A stretch of DNA of 62,790 bases, the filler included, from Basidiobolus ranarum (Eukaryota): assembly GCA_040143965.1 (NCBI GenBank). It is 33 parts of 33 records of this genome, joined end to end, with 100 filler letters (N's around TTAATTAATTAA, not from the genome) between each part and the next. Parts side by side here need not be neighbours in the genome. Positions count along the whole stretch, not along the records: positions 24,851 to 26,657 come from JASJQH010011166.1; positions 26,758 to 28,563 come from JASJQH010011167.1; positions 28,664 to 30,468 come from JASJQH010011168.1; positions 30,569 to 32,373 come from JASJQH010011169.1; positions 32,474 to 34,277 come from JASJQH010011170.1; positions 34,378 to 36,180 come from JASJQH010011171.1; positions 36,281 to 38,083 come from JASJQH010011172.1; 26 more parts are not named here. The stretch is one strand, 5' to 3'. The notes under the pieces were generated by a model. It did no database searches. It saw only the letters and a list, made by a program, of their open reading frames with translations, and was not told the DNA's origin. The position numbers were made by a program, and so were the translations under genes. Below, piece after piece: positions 24,851 to 36,735 of this stretch (position 1 is the stretch's first letter; each line of letters begins with the position of its first letter).

Positions 24851-26657
24851 CAACAAGGACCTCTGGGGATTTGTTACAGGAGAAGAAATAGAGCCAAAGG
24901 GACCACCAGAAGATATCCTTGCCATTAACAAGAAGCAGTGGAAAGCACTCTCTACACTTGGTCTACATCTCAGGGACTTGCAATTGGGGCATATACGCTC
25001 AGCAAAAAGCATCCTGATGGCTTGGGAAAATCTTAAGGGACTATATGAGACTAAAAGTCTAGCTGATATGCTACATCTTTAGCAAAAATTATGCTCAATT
25101 CTGCTGAATCCTGATGATTCTATGGCTTATCAAACCAAGTAGATAAAAACTAGGGCAGATCAGCTCTCATTGATTTGAGCACTTCCAAATGAACATCACT
25201 TAGTTATGATATTAATTGGGAGCCAGCCAGACAAGTTTGGGAACCTCATAAATGTGTTAAAATCAAGATCACAGCCATTAGCATTGGAATATGTTGTTGC
25301 TAGGCTTTTGAATGGGGAATTAAGGTGATCTAATTAGCAGCAAAATAAAGGAGATCAGGCATTGTCTGGAGCTGTGAAATATCCAACAGGCTTCAATAAT
25401 GGTGCCTCTAACAAGAAATCAATTAGGTACAAGTATTGCAAGAAACAAGCCCATTTATACGAAGATTGCAGAAACAGGATATTTGCCAACATGCTAAAAT
25501 CAGAATGTGAAAATTAGGTAAGCACTGATAAGTATTGTCTACTTCTGTCTTCTTCCAGTAACCATTAAGGAACACTCAGATGTATGGTACATTGATTCAG
25601 GAGCTTCCCAGCATATGTCAAGCAAGAAAGATGGGTGTTCCAGCTTAAAACCCATCTAAACAAGGAAAATTTTCTTATGTGATGACTATGCACTAGATGC
25701 AGTATGTAAGGGCACAGTTGTGTTCAATTTGGATCCATATTCAGCTACACCATCTGCAAAATTGGACAATGTACTCTATGTACTAAAAATAGCCAAGAAT
25801 CTACTCTAAGTAAGCAAAGCAACAATTCAAGGATTAAATTTTATGTTCACAAAGGTTAGATGCACTATCACAGGTCAGACTATACCAAAATAGCTACTGT
25901 ATTCAAACCTCAAAGCTTATACAAGCAAGAAATGAACCAATTGCTTTCTGAGCATGCTAACTTGGCCAATACTGCTGAAATATGCTGTCAAGCATGGCAT
26001 AGAAAATTTGGCTGAATTGGAGAACAAAAACTGACCCAAATGATCCAAAATCAGCATGTTTACGATTTGGAAATTGAACATATCACTAAATTGGATCTGT
26101 GAGAAGGTTGCATACATGGAAAACATCACAGACAGCTGTTTCAAAACTCTGGAGAAATCAAATCCACCCAGAATTTTGCCCTGATTCATTCTGACCCATG
26201 TAGGCCTATGAAAATGTCTCACTAGGTGGAAAAAGGAATTTTAGGACCTGCTTGATGATGAAGCAAGATGAACTTGGGTATTCTCTCTCAAATCCAAATC
26301 TGCATCATTAGCTATAGTCAAGCGTAACATAGTATTAGTAGAGAAAGATACAGCAAAAAAATGAGGGTTCTAAGGAGTGATAATGGTGGAAAATACTGCT
26401 CTAAAGACTTTGCTAGTTTCTGTTCTAAACATGATATTCAACAACCAAATACTGTGCCTGATACTCTACAGCAAAATGGAGGTGCAGAATGTGTTAATAG
26501 GACTGTTGTGAAAATTGCAAGATCAATGTTACATGATCAAATGTTAGATTACAAATATTGCACTGAAGATGTCTCCACTGCAGTCTGTATCAAATGCAGA
26601 TGCCCAACAAGATTGCCACAGAATTCCACTCCCTTTGATGCTCCAAATGGATCAAAA
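24851..26657 (+). mobile_element. Copia family C gag-protease-integrase (decayed)
   Basis: KDLWGFVTG, zinc knuckle remnant KYCKKQAH..EDC, WYIDSGASQHM, LRSDNGGKY and QQNGGAECVNRT. Confidence 0.92.
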
Positions 26658-26757
26658 NNNNNNNNNNNNNNNNNNNNNNNNNNNNNNNNNNNNNNNNNNN
26701 NTTAATTAATTAANNNNNNNNNNNNNNNNNNNNNNNNNNNNNNNNNNNNNNNNNNNN

Positions 26758-28337
26758 TTTTCATATCCAATTACAAAATCTTGACACAGTTGCTATATCT
26801 GCCTGAGATCTGCCAATGTGAGTTGATGCTGTAAGAATGTATTAACAATATCCACAAATAACTCTCTATTTTCTAATACTTATCAAGCAGAAATCTTTTC
26901 CAGATTCCACTTGAATATATACAAATCCCATACTTCCAGTGCTTGCATTTGAATAAATGCATAGATGAGTGGATATTAATGGAAGTCCTGCTAAAATATG
27001 ATGGTATCTTGACATTTTTGAGTGTTTTGCCAATTGATTCAAACTTTGTTCCTATTTTGAACAGCTCATTCATATTGAATTTTCTGCTATATAGCCAAGT
27101 ATATAGTATTGGAATGTTGTGAATAGTAAGTGCATATTGCCCAATGGGAAGCTCTGGCTCTGGCTGATCCCCTTTAGCAATATTATCTTAGGCTTATGGT
27201 GAATACCAAGTTTGATGTTAGACTGACTATTTGGAGAATTGATATCAGTGATCATGTTGAGGTTTAACCACGCTCTTGATGGTAAACTGTGGAGTTTAGC
27301 ATTGTACTTGAATAGTAGTAAAGAATATGCCTGATAGAGTAAACTCCATGTATTTTACAACATATACAGCAAAATAGTGTATTGTGCCTGCAAAAACCTT
27401 CAGTGTTTACTAATGGAAGGAGTGTCACCAATACATACAAAGATATTAGCTTTAATAAAATATTCACCCATCTAAGCCCCATTAGACAAGTGTTCAAATT
27501 TCACAATCAAAGGCTCCAAGAAGCTTTTATAAGCACTGGTGATTTAGATCAAGATATGATTGAGAGTAACAAAATAGTATGACTCTTATACCATCCAGAA
27601 GAAGGGAGATTATAGTTAATTAAAAGTATTGGCCAGCAAGCCTTTCCAATGGTATAATTGTTTATGGAGAAACCCTCCAGAGACAATGCAAATGCATGAT
27701 CATATATGTTCTCAAAGAAATCTTGACATTCAGATTCTGGTGGTGATATCCATCAAGTATATTGGTAATACCATCAGCTTTATGGTGAGTACTTTGGTAT
27801 TGGCTCAATGATCTATATTTGGGTGATTTTATCAAAACTTTAAGATGGGAAATCAATGGTAAGTAATTTCAATATGAAAAATATTTACCTGATTCAGTGA
27901 TTGCCAATTGTTTGCTAACAGTACATGACTTCAGGTTTTCAGTTCACTGGTGAAACCAAACAACCATTTGGACATGAAGGTAGTTTAATTACTAAAGGAT
28001 TATAAGTTATACAATTGTCAAGTGCTTTCCACTTGTACCAGGTCTGTCCCTAACAGAAATTTGAGGATTGTTATTTTAGGAAAACCATCACAATTTTAAT
28101 CCATTTGGGGTTGACCATTTACTTACCATCACAAAATTGTCAAGTTAGATTTTATTTTAATCAATTTTTTCAGTTTCAGGAGTGAAATTTCAAGATCTTG
28201 TAAAGTAGTTGCGTATGATTGGCTACAATCTCAGAGAACAATGGATCAACACAAGTGCAAAAAACATGACTCATATTTTACACATTACCACTTGAATGCT
28301 AATTTGTCACCTTCAAAATCCTTAGTCTGTTTGATAT
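26758..28337 (-). mobile_element. CMC transposase middle (26758-28047, minus) with the left end of another copy inserted at 28048 (plus)
   Basis: CCCTAACAGAAATTTGAGG starts inside the transposase coding sequence. Confidence 0.87.
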
Positions 28338-28563
28338 TGTCATGATTCTGATCTTGGCATACTGATCCACTACAAATAGAACTTCTCTTTTATTAGATGA
28401 TGACATCATATCTGCTGTGCCATCCCTTCTTGACAATCTGGTGTCAGTTCATCCAGATTACCTTATATGGAAATAATGTTCTTTGGAACATTCCATGAAA
28501 TCTAACCAATCATGTCATCCCACACATAGTGTATTTCCATGGAAGGTCACCTGATCATCCGTA
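28338..28563 (+). repeat. LTR-like family E, 5' part
   Basis: Sharp start TGTCATGATTCTGATCTTGG also at 43453, 58394 and 46020 (minus); 3' part with TATA and AATAAA at 28664-28910. Confidence 0.75.
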
Positions 28564-29072
28564 NNNNNNNNNNNNNNNNNNNNNNNNNNNNNNNNNNNNN
28601 NNNNNNNTTAATTAATTAANNNNNNNNNNNNNNNNNNNNNNNNNNNNNNNNNNNNNNNNNNNNCCCCAACTCTTGAACTTGCCACAGTATATTCCCTATT
28701 CAGTATATTATGTTTCACCTTGCAATATCTATATAAGCCCCATGTATTCCTTGATCAGACCTCAGTCTGATCAACACCAGTTATCAATAAAGATTCTTGC
28801 CAAAGTATCTTCCTTGTCCAGTCTTGTCTTGTCTTGTGGTCTACACTCAAGTACTCTCCTGCCTTCTAGCCTCTTGTTGTTGTTTCCAGTCCTTGTCCAG
28901 TTCCTTATTGAGACTATATGAATCAAACCATTGGCTAGACAGAGTTATGTGAAATCTAGACCTTCCTTTGGATTGGCTTTTATGACTATTCAGTTGAGGA
29001 AGAGGGTTGCCCAAAGACTTTGATGTTGTATGACACCAAGGAGCGGTTAGTTAAAAGTATGAATCAACAGGA

Positions 29073-29666
29073 ATGTCAAGTTCTGACAAAATGGACATTA
29101 CAATTTTGCATTTGGCTATATCAGGTGAATCAGACACAGTTAATAAGGATGAATTGTGGAAAATATTTTGGAAGCTTTATCATGATATGGGAGGAGAGCA
29201 TTGGATCAAACAACCAGATTCACAGAAATTGTGTGATGAATACATTAGGATACAATTTGGCAAAAAGAGGTTCAGACAGTGGGCATGTTTTCAACAGTTA
29301 AATTTGTCTAATAACAATGTATCAGGGACCTTACCTGATTACATTTGGAAATACATTTGTGGGACGTTAGATTTATCTAATAACAGTTTGACATCAGTTG
29401 AAATTTTGGAAAATTCAGATTTTAATCATCAGAATAGTTTGAAATATTATAGACACAATGTCATAGATTTAAGTTTCAACAAGTTAACAGCATTTCCTTA
29501 TATAGCCAACAAGTGTTATGCCAAGGCAAGAGAATTATATTTGGACCATAATATGTTATCTAGTCCAGTTCCAAATCTGGAAAATCTGGGCAATTTTGAT
29601 GTTATAGACATATCTTATAATAAACTTAGTGGACCAATACCAGCCTGGATATATAAATTAAATTAG
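29073..29666 (+). pseudogene. Leucine-rich repeat protein fragment (plant-type LRR consensus), truncated by LTR-B
   Basis: LYHDMGGEHW N-cap; LNLSNNNVSGTLP, LDLSNNSLT, IDLSFNKLT, LYLDHNMLSSPVP and IDISYNKLSGPIP. Confidence 0.85.
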
Positions 29667-30060
29667 ACCTAACTAATTCATATATCACATATAGGTTAGT
29701 TAACATTACTCATTCATATATCACTTGACTGAAGATTAGAACACATATTATATATATATGTGAATAATGTGAGAATTACTAATTCCATATTGGAAATTTC
29801 AAACTCATCCAAAACTCCCCAAAGAGAGCTCAGTTTACTCCCACAGATGTTCCAAACATAACCCTAGTGTTAGTTTTCTGTATTTACACCAAAACGTATA
29901 AATGCTTTATTTCTGGACAATAAACAATTATCTCACAAAGCCATTCACAACTTGATTTTTCTAAAGTTCCTCCAAACAGCCCATATTTTCCCAATAGGTT
30001 ATGAGCCCGATGTTCTAACCTTTACAGCATGACAGAGACCACTACTACCACTTTCATATA
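29664..30060 (+). mobile_element. LTR-B (5'-truncated, ends 29996), PBS GGTTATGAGCCC (29997-30008) and gag start
   Basis: Same LTR-PBS-ATGACAGA layout as 6150-6587. Confidence 0.88.
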
Positions 30061-30468
30061 CCCTAACAGAAATTTGAGGATTGTTATGGTAGGAAAACCA
30101 TCACAATTTTAATCCATTTGGGATTGACCATATACTTACCATCATAAAATTGTCAAGTTAGATTTTATTTTAGTCAATTTTTTCATTTTCAGGAGTGAAA
30201 TTTCAAGATCTTGCAAAATAGTTGTGCATGATTGGCTAAAATATCAGAGAACTATGGATCAACACATGTGCAAAAAACATACCTCAAATTTTACACCATT
30301 ACCACTTAAATGCTAATTTGTCACCTTCAAAATCTCCAGTCTCTTTAATATATTCTCCTGAATATTTTTATAGAGTTCTTCATACCCAAGGTTTAGCTCA
30401 TACCCAACATGAGTTTGTGTCATTATCTCCATCAAAGCCCACTATTGTATCAATGTTGCTGAATCAAC
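30061..30468 (+). mobile_element. CMC element left end (TIR CCCTAACAGAAAT) with ORF2 3' end on the minus strand
   Basis: Equivalent terminus at 28048, 58154 and 59282. Confidence 0.85.
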
Positions 30469-30670
30469 NNNNNNNNNNNNNNNNNNNNNNNNNNNNNNNN
30501 NNNNNNNNNNNNTTAATTAATTAANNNNNNNNNNNNNNNNNNNNNNNNNNNNNNNNNNNNNNNNNNNNTTTGATATTCCTAGTTTCTTTGATATGTTCTC
30601 CTTAATATTTTTATAAAGTTCTTTGTACCTGAGGTTTAGCACATATCTAACACAAGTTTGTATTAATATC

Positions 30671-32373
30671 TGTTAAAGTATTTGGGAGCCTGTTGGAAGT
30701 GGTTTGGAGAATTAGAGGAATTGATGGTTTTCACTTATTGATTTATTGAGTAGAAAGTTGACATTTATAGTTTTGTCCAGATGTAAACGAACTAATATGT
30801 AAAGTGTGTCAAGAAAGGTCCCAGGAATATGTGTGCAAAGTTTGGGGCTTCTGGCTCAAGTTTGAAAAATCTATATATCTGAGAACTTCCAAGTTGGTAA
30901 AAATATTTCAAGCAAATTCCAATTGAGAACAATCAATAATATCTTAGTGAATTATAAGATAACTAAGTACTAAGTTATAGATGACTGTATAGGTGCTTAG
31001 GCAATGCTAATTTCAACACTCCCTCAACTAAATAGTCATATAAACTAATCCTGATAAAGGTCTAAATTTCTCAAATTTTTGTCTAGCTAATGGTTTGGTT
31101 AATATCTCAGCAATCATATCTTCTTTAGAACAATAAGTTAAGTCAATAAACTTATTCTCTATAGTCCCTGTAATGAAGTGATGCTTAATATCTATATGTT
31201 TGTTTCAGTTATGAAATGTGGGATTTTCAGCTAATTTGATACAACTTTGATTATCTTGAAATACTGTAGTTGGTGATTTTGAGAGGTACCCTAATCTGTT
31301 AAGAGTTTTCTTAACCATATTGCTTCTTTTGTTGCTTCACAGGCAGCCATATATTCAGCTTTTGTTCTTGAAAGTGGTATGGTAGGTTGTTTCTTTGAAT
31401 TCCAAGAGATAGCTCCATTACAGCAAAGAAATAAGTATCCTGTTGTAGATCTCCTGTCTTCAATATCTCTTCCCCAATTTGCATCCAAATATCTCATCAG
31501 ATCAAAGTTTGATCCAGAGTATGTGTATTTTAAGCATAGATCCACAGTACCTTTCAAATATCTGAAAATCCACTTAACTGCTATGATTTCATCAGATCCA
31601 TAATTTTGAAGATATTGGCATATTTCTCCCACAGAATATGCAATATCTGGCCATGTTCCAACCATGATATATATCAAACCACTAACCATAGATTGATAAG
31701 GACATTTCTGGCTTTTGTTTGAATCCAAAAACATCTTATTTGAGCCATTTTTGTTCAAGTTGAGATTTGTCTCCATTGAGGTAGATACTGGACTACATTC
31801 TTCCATTTTAAGCTTCTTTAGTATATCTAGGATATACTTAGACTGGTTTAAAGTTATTGTCTTGGTAGTTCTATCTATCTTAATTTGGATTCCAAGATAG
31901 TATGTCAGTTCACAAAGATCAGTCATTTTGAATTTGGCAGATAAGCTGGATTTGGTTTTCTCCAAAGTTGTCAAGTCATTAGTTGCTGTAATAAGATCAT
32001 TTACATATAAGGCTAATAAAACTGGGCTTGTCTTATCTTGCCTGAAGTAGAGACTATAGTCAACATTACTCTTTTGGAGTTTGAGTGCTTCCAAAATAGC
32101 ATCTATCTTGCCATTCCAAGCTCTTGGAGATTGTTTTAAGCCATAGAGTGTTTTCTAGAGTCAGCAAAACTTTTTAGGGTTTTCTGGGTCCACAAATCCA
32201 TCAGACTGGTCCATATAGATCTCCTCAGCAAGCTTAGCATTCAAAAAAGCAGATTTAACATTCATTTGATGTATAATAAACTGATATTCAGCTGAAATTG
32301 CTAAAATCAATCTAATTGAATTAAACTTTGCTACAGGAGCAAAAGTTTCTGTATAATCTATTCCTGGTGTTTG
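30671..32373 (-). mobile_element. Copia family D 3' portion: RT, RNase H, PPT and 348-bp 3' LTR (30671-31018)
   Basis: LALYVNDL (YVDD), YLGIQI, DANWGRDIEDRRSTTGY, SKKQPTI and AEILTKPL; PPT GAGGGAG precedes TGTTGAAATTAGC. Confidence 0.95.
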
Positions 32374-32473
32374 NNNNNNNNNNNNNNNNNNNNNNNNNNN
32401 NNNNNNNNNNNNNNNNNTTAATTAATTAANNNNNNNNNNNNNNNNNNNNNNNNNNNNNNNNNNNNNNNNNNNN

Positions 32474-33752
32474 TGCACTGCATTTTTCCCATTCATAATT
32501 TTAAAAATACTCCTCAAGCACTCTGACTATTTTTTTACATTCTTGTATTATGACACTACTAAGGGTGCTTTGTAGTGTTTCTGTCGCTTTTTGCTTACCT
32601 TTAACTTTGGGGCCAATTTCAAGAGCTTGAAAAGTACTAGTTGAGGTTGGAGAGCCATGAGTTTTATTTGTGGGTGTTTTGACTTATTGAGAGGGGCCAG
32701 GTGCTGAATAAACATCTGAACTCAGCACTCTTCCAACCGGTGTACCTGGTTCCATGGTGAAATTAAGCTTTTTTGCCAGGTTATCTGACTCTGGAATTGC
32801 AGATCTTTGTAATGGTAAGAAGAACTTGGTAAGTAGGACAGTAGAGCCTAAACTCACTGGCTTCTTTGCGCTTCCTTTGAGTTTACTAACTTCCTGCTCC
32901 TTCAGTACTTCTTTAGCTGCTTTTCTTTCTTTTCTGAGTCAATAATTGCGTAAATTTTTGAGATGTTTCATGAATAGACCTATAACAGCCCAATTACCAT
33001 TTGCTTGCAAAAACCCGGGATAGGCCATATGAAATAAGTCAAATACCTTAAAAGTAATGCCTGGTTTTTGGTTTTTCCATGATTGGCTCAAATACAGGTG
33101 ATTTTTGTCACAATTCCACACAGTTTCCAAAATGTTAAACCACTGCTCATCAGAGCAAGTGATGCAGCTCTGACATTCCAAGTCTTTTGGTTTACAGGTT
33201 TTCCTAAGATATTTCTACTTTCATGTGCCCAGGCAATTTTGGGTTGTTGTGTAGGCTTAATGGTCTGACATATATTCTGCTCCGCTGGATTCTCTGGTGA
33301 CATTCATATGTACAGTGTGAAATTGATTGAAATCCCATATGAGAATGGATGCAGGGAGCAGCTTGTTGCTGTTGCTTAAGTACAATAATTCTATCCAAAT
33401 TTTCTACAGTGGGTTGTTCAATAGTGGGCAAAGTAGCCATTTTGGAAGTAGATGGTCTTGATGGTGTTTTGGTTGTACTTTGCTCAACTATTGATTTACT
33501 ATGTAATTGGGGGATAAAAATCTCTTGACTTATACTATTGCTGGAAAGAAACACATCTGGTAAATTGATAAATGCTTCATCATGACTTGAGTTACTTTCT
33601 GGCATGTCAATGCCTTCCAAAGTGGATAGTGGATTGCCAGACTGTTCATCAATTAAGTCCTATGTTCTTGCTGGCTTTTTTCCTTTTCTGCCAGCCAGCT
33701 TTGGCTTGGAAGCCAATTTTGACTTAAATTTTGAATGCTTTTTGAATGGCAT
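32474..33752 (-). pseudogene. CMC element ORF2, longest copy (frameshifted)
   Basis: MPFKKHSKFKSKLASKPK...; central block WNCDKNHLYLSQSWKNQKPG..YPGFLQANGNWAVIGLFMKHLKNLRNY; low-complexity S/T/K/P flanks. Confidence 0.7.
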
Positions 33753-33964
33753 TGAAATTTTCAGATGGTAAACTTGGTGTAATAAAATAGCTTAAAAACA
33801 GCTTATAATCAACCAAAATGGCCATTGATTACATGAAATATCTTGTAAATCTGCTGATGACTTGTATGTGACACTATCTCAAAATCAGCTGATGATATTG
33901 ATGGGTTGTACATAAAATACCACCCTTATGTAGGAAGTGTTCTTTTTTCTACAATATCATTCTC

Positions 33965-34277
33965 ATGCTGCAACACAAACATTTAAAGAAGCCCTGCTGT
34001 TATTGTCACAAATTCTTGTGCTATGAAAGCCGGAGGCTTCATAGAAAAAGTAATCACAAGCATGGCCACTGTACAAAGCCACCAGCTGCAAAAAGCCTGG
34101 TGCGTAACAACAGTAATAAGTACACTAAATCAACTTTAGTATTGCCCACTGAGTCCACTGACTGTTGTTTGCCTCAAAGTTTTGGTAACTGCCAAAAGTC
34201 AAGATACTCTGGAGATACCACAGTTATATGACCAGAATGATGCAGGTCAATATGCAACTTTGGTCAAACCAGTAAGT
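33965..34277 (+). pseudogene. CMC transposase N-terminus
   Basis: MLQHKHLKKPCCYCHKFLCYESRRLHRKSNHKHGHC (Cys/His-rich). Confidence 0.8.
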
Positions 34278-34377
34278 NNNNNNNNNNNNNNNNNNNNNNN
34301 NNNNNNNNNNNNNNNNNNNNNTTAATTAATTAANNNNNNNNNNNNNNNNNNNNNNNNNNNNNNNNNNNNNNNNNNNN

Positions 34378-35930
34378 CTGTATTTTGCCTTAAAGTTTTG
34401 GTAACACTGCCAAAAGTCAAGATACCATGGAGTTACCACAGTTATATGACCAGAATGATGTAGATAGAAATGCAACTTTAGTTGAACCAGTAGGGCCAGA
34501 CAGCTTAGAGGACTCTCTGCTAGATGTTGACCTTGGTAATTCCAGTACTGATGGTTGTATATCAGAAGTCCAAGTAGAAGAATATGGTTTTGTTATGGAC
34601 ACTTTGTTATTGGCAAGCATTAGTCCCCTCATAACACTTACAGTAAAGGAAGCAGCTTGGATTATTGAGGAGTCAAGAGTTCAATTCAATCTCAGCAACC
34701 AGGTGCTCATTGGTTTTCTTACACTTGTATCACAGTTGATTGGCAGCTGTTGTTTACCACAGACCTGGTTCTAGTGGAAAACACCTGTCAATTGTATGAC
34801 TTATAATCCTGCAGTAATTAAACTACCTTCATGTCAAAATGGTTGTTTGGCTATCACCAGTGATCTGAAAAACCTGAAGTCATGTAATGTTTGCACACAG
34901 TTGGCAATCACTGAATCAGATAATTATTGTTCATATTTGGCTTATGTACCATTGTTTCCCCATCTTAAAGTGTTGATGAAATCACCCAAATATAGATCAT
35001 TGCTCCAATACTAAAGAACTCACCATAAAGCTGATGGTTTTACCAATATATTTGATGAATATCACTACCAGAATCTGAAAAGTCAAGGTTTCTTTGACAA
35101 CAGTTATGATCATGCATTTGCATTGGCTCTGGATGGGTTCTTACTAAACAAATATACCATTGGAAAGGCTTGCTGTCCAATAATTTTCGTTAACTTAAAT
35201 CTTCCTCCTTCTAAACAATGTAAGATTCATAATATTTTAATACTATCCATCATATCTGGATGTAAGTGACCAGTGCCTATAGATAGCTTTTTGGAGCCTT
35301 TGATTATGGAATTTGAATGGTTATCTAATAGGGTTCAGATGGGTAAATATTTTATTAAAGCTAATATCATTGTATGTATTGGTGACACTCCTGCTATCAG
35401 CAAACTTGGAGGTTTTTGTGGGCCCAATGCACTATCTTGCTGTAGATTTTGCCAAATTCATGGAGTCTGCTCTATTGGGCATATGCATTACTACTATCCA
35501 AATACAAAACTAAACTCCATGATTTTACCATCAAGAGCCCTGTTCAATTTCAACATGATCACTGATATTGATTCCCCAAATAGTCAGTCTAACATCAAAC
35601 TTGGTATTAGCTTTAAGCCTAAGATTATATTGCTAATGGGGATCAGCTGGAGCCAGAGCTTCTCATTAGGCACTATGCACTTACTATTCAACAACATTCC
35701 AATATTACTTACTCAGCTATATAGTGAAAAGTTCTGTATGAATGAGCCATTCAAGAGAGGATCAAAGTTTGAATTGATTGGGAAAATGCTTGAAAATGTC
35801 AAGATACCATCATATTTTACCAGGACTCTGATCAATATCCACTCATCTAGGTGTGTATTCAAATGCAAAGACTGAAAGTATTGGATTTGTGTATATTCAA
35901 GTGGAATCTTGAAAAGATATCTGCCTGATA
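34378..35930 (+). pseudogene. CMC transposase central region (decayed)
   Basis: ALDGF, CIGDTPAISKLGGF (second catalytic Asp), CRFC, MHLLFNN and KCKD(W). Confidence 0.9.
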
Positions 35931-36180
35931 CCCTAACAAAAATAAAATCGATTTGATCCGGATCGGATCCACCCTCCAAAATAGCAAGACCGTCAGAGAA
36001 CCGTCACAATATCGTTGGCTTGCATTCTGCCAGGGATTTTGATGGTGTGACGGCGGTTTCTTGACGGTTTCTTGGCGGTATTCATACATGTTAAAATATT
36101 GATCCTCAAATTTGGCATGCGTTTTTCAATATCCAGCAATTTTTGCAAAAATATAATTTTCGAATGGCAAATTACTGGGT
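35931..36180 (-). mobile_element. Young CMC right end inserted into an older copy
   Basis: Intact CCCTAACAAAAATAAAATCGATTTGATCCGGATCGGATCC; retains 12 CpGs. Confidence 0.9.
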
Positions 36181-36280
36181 NNNNNNNNNNNNNNNNNNNN
36201 NNNNNNNNNNNNNNNNNNNNNNNNTTAATTAATTAANNNNNNNNNNNNNNNNNNNNNNNNNNNNNNNNNNNNNNNNNNNN

Positions 36281-36735
36281 GTTAAAGTATTTGGGAGCCT
36301 GTTGGAAGTGGTTTGGAGAATTAGAGGAATTGGTGGTTTTCACTTATTGATTTATTGAGTATTCAATTGACATTTATAGTTTTGTCAAGATATAAGCAAA
36401 CTAACATGTAAAATGTGTTAAGAAAGATCCCAGGAGCATGTGCTCAAAGTTTGGGGCTTCTAGCACAAGTTTGAAAATCTATATATCTGAGAACTTCTAA
36501 GTTGGTGTCAATATTCTAAGTAAATTCCGATTGAGAATAATGGATAATATCTTGGTGAATTATAATATAACTAAGTACTAAGCTATATATGACTATATAG
36601 GTGTTTTAGGCAATGCTAATTTCAACAGATAAAACTATAAATGTGAACTTTCTACTTAATAGTTCAATAAGAGAAAACTACCAATTTCTCTAATTCTCCA
36701 AACCACTTTCAACAGGCTCCCAAAATACTTTAATA
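36281..36735 (-). repeat. LTR-D (36281-36627) followed by an inverted LTR-D 3' fragment (36628-36735)
   Basis: Matches 30671-31018 and its reverse complement. Confidence 0.88.

Noticed and set aside
23641-26657. Alternative genetic code or stop-codon readthrough to explain the many in-frame stops
   Set aside because: Stops differ between copies, come with frameshifts and fit C-to-T decay; host genes read normally in the standard code
28338-28910. Continuous LTR-E across the spacer at 28564-28663
   Set aside because: Contigs are ordered by length, so the apparent continuity is coincidence; overlap is supported only via 43453-43790
30305-30468. Chromodomain-like reading (IDTIVGFDGD..CWV) of the CMC left-end ORF
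   Set aside because: That frame has several stops; the alternative frame is fully open in the 7307-7559 copy
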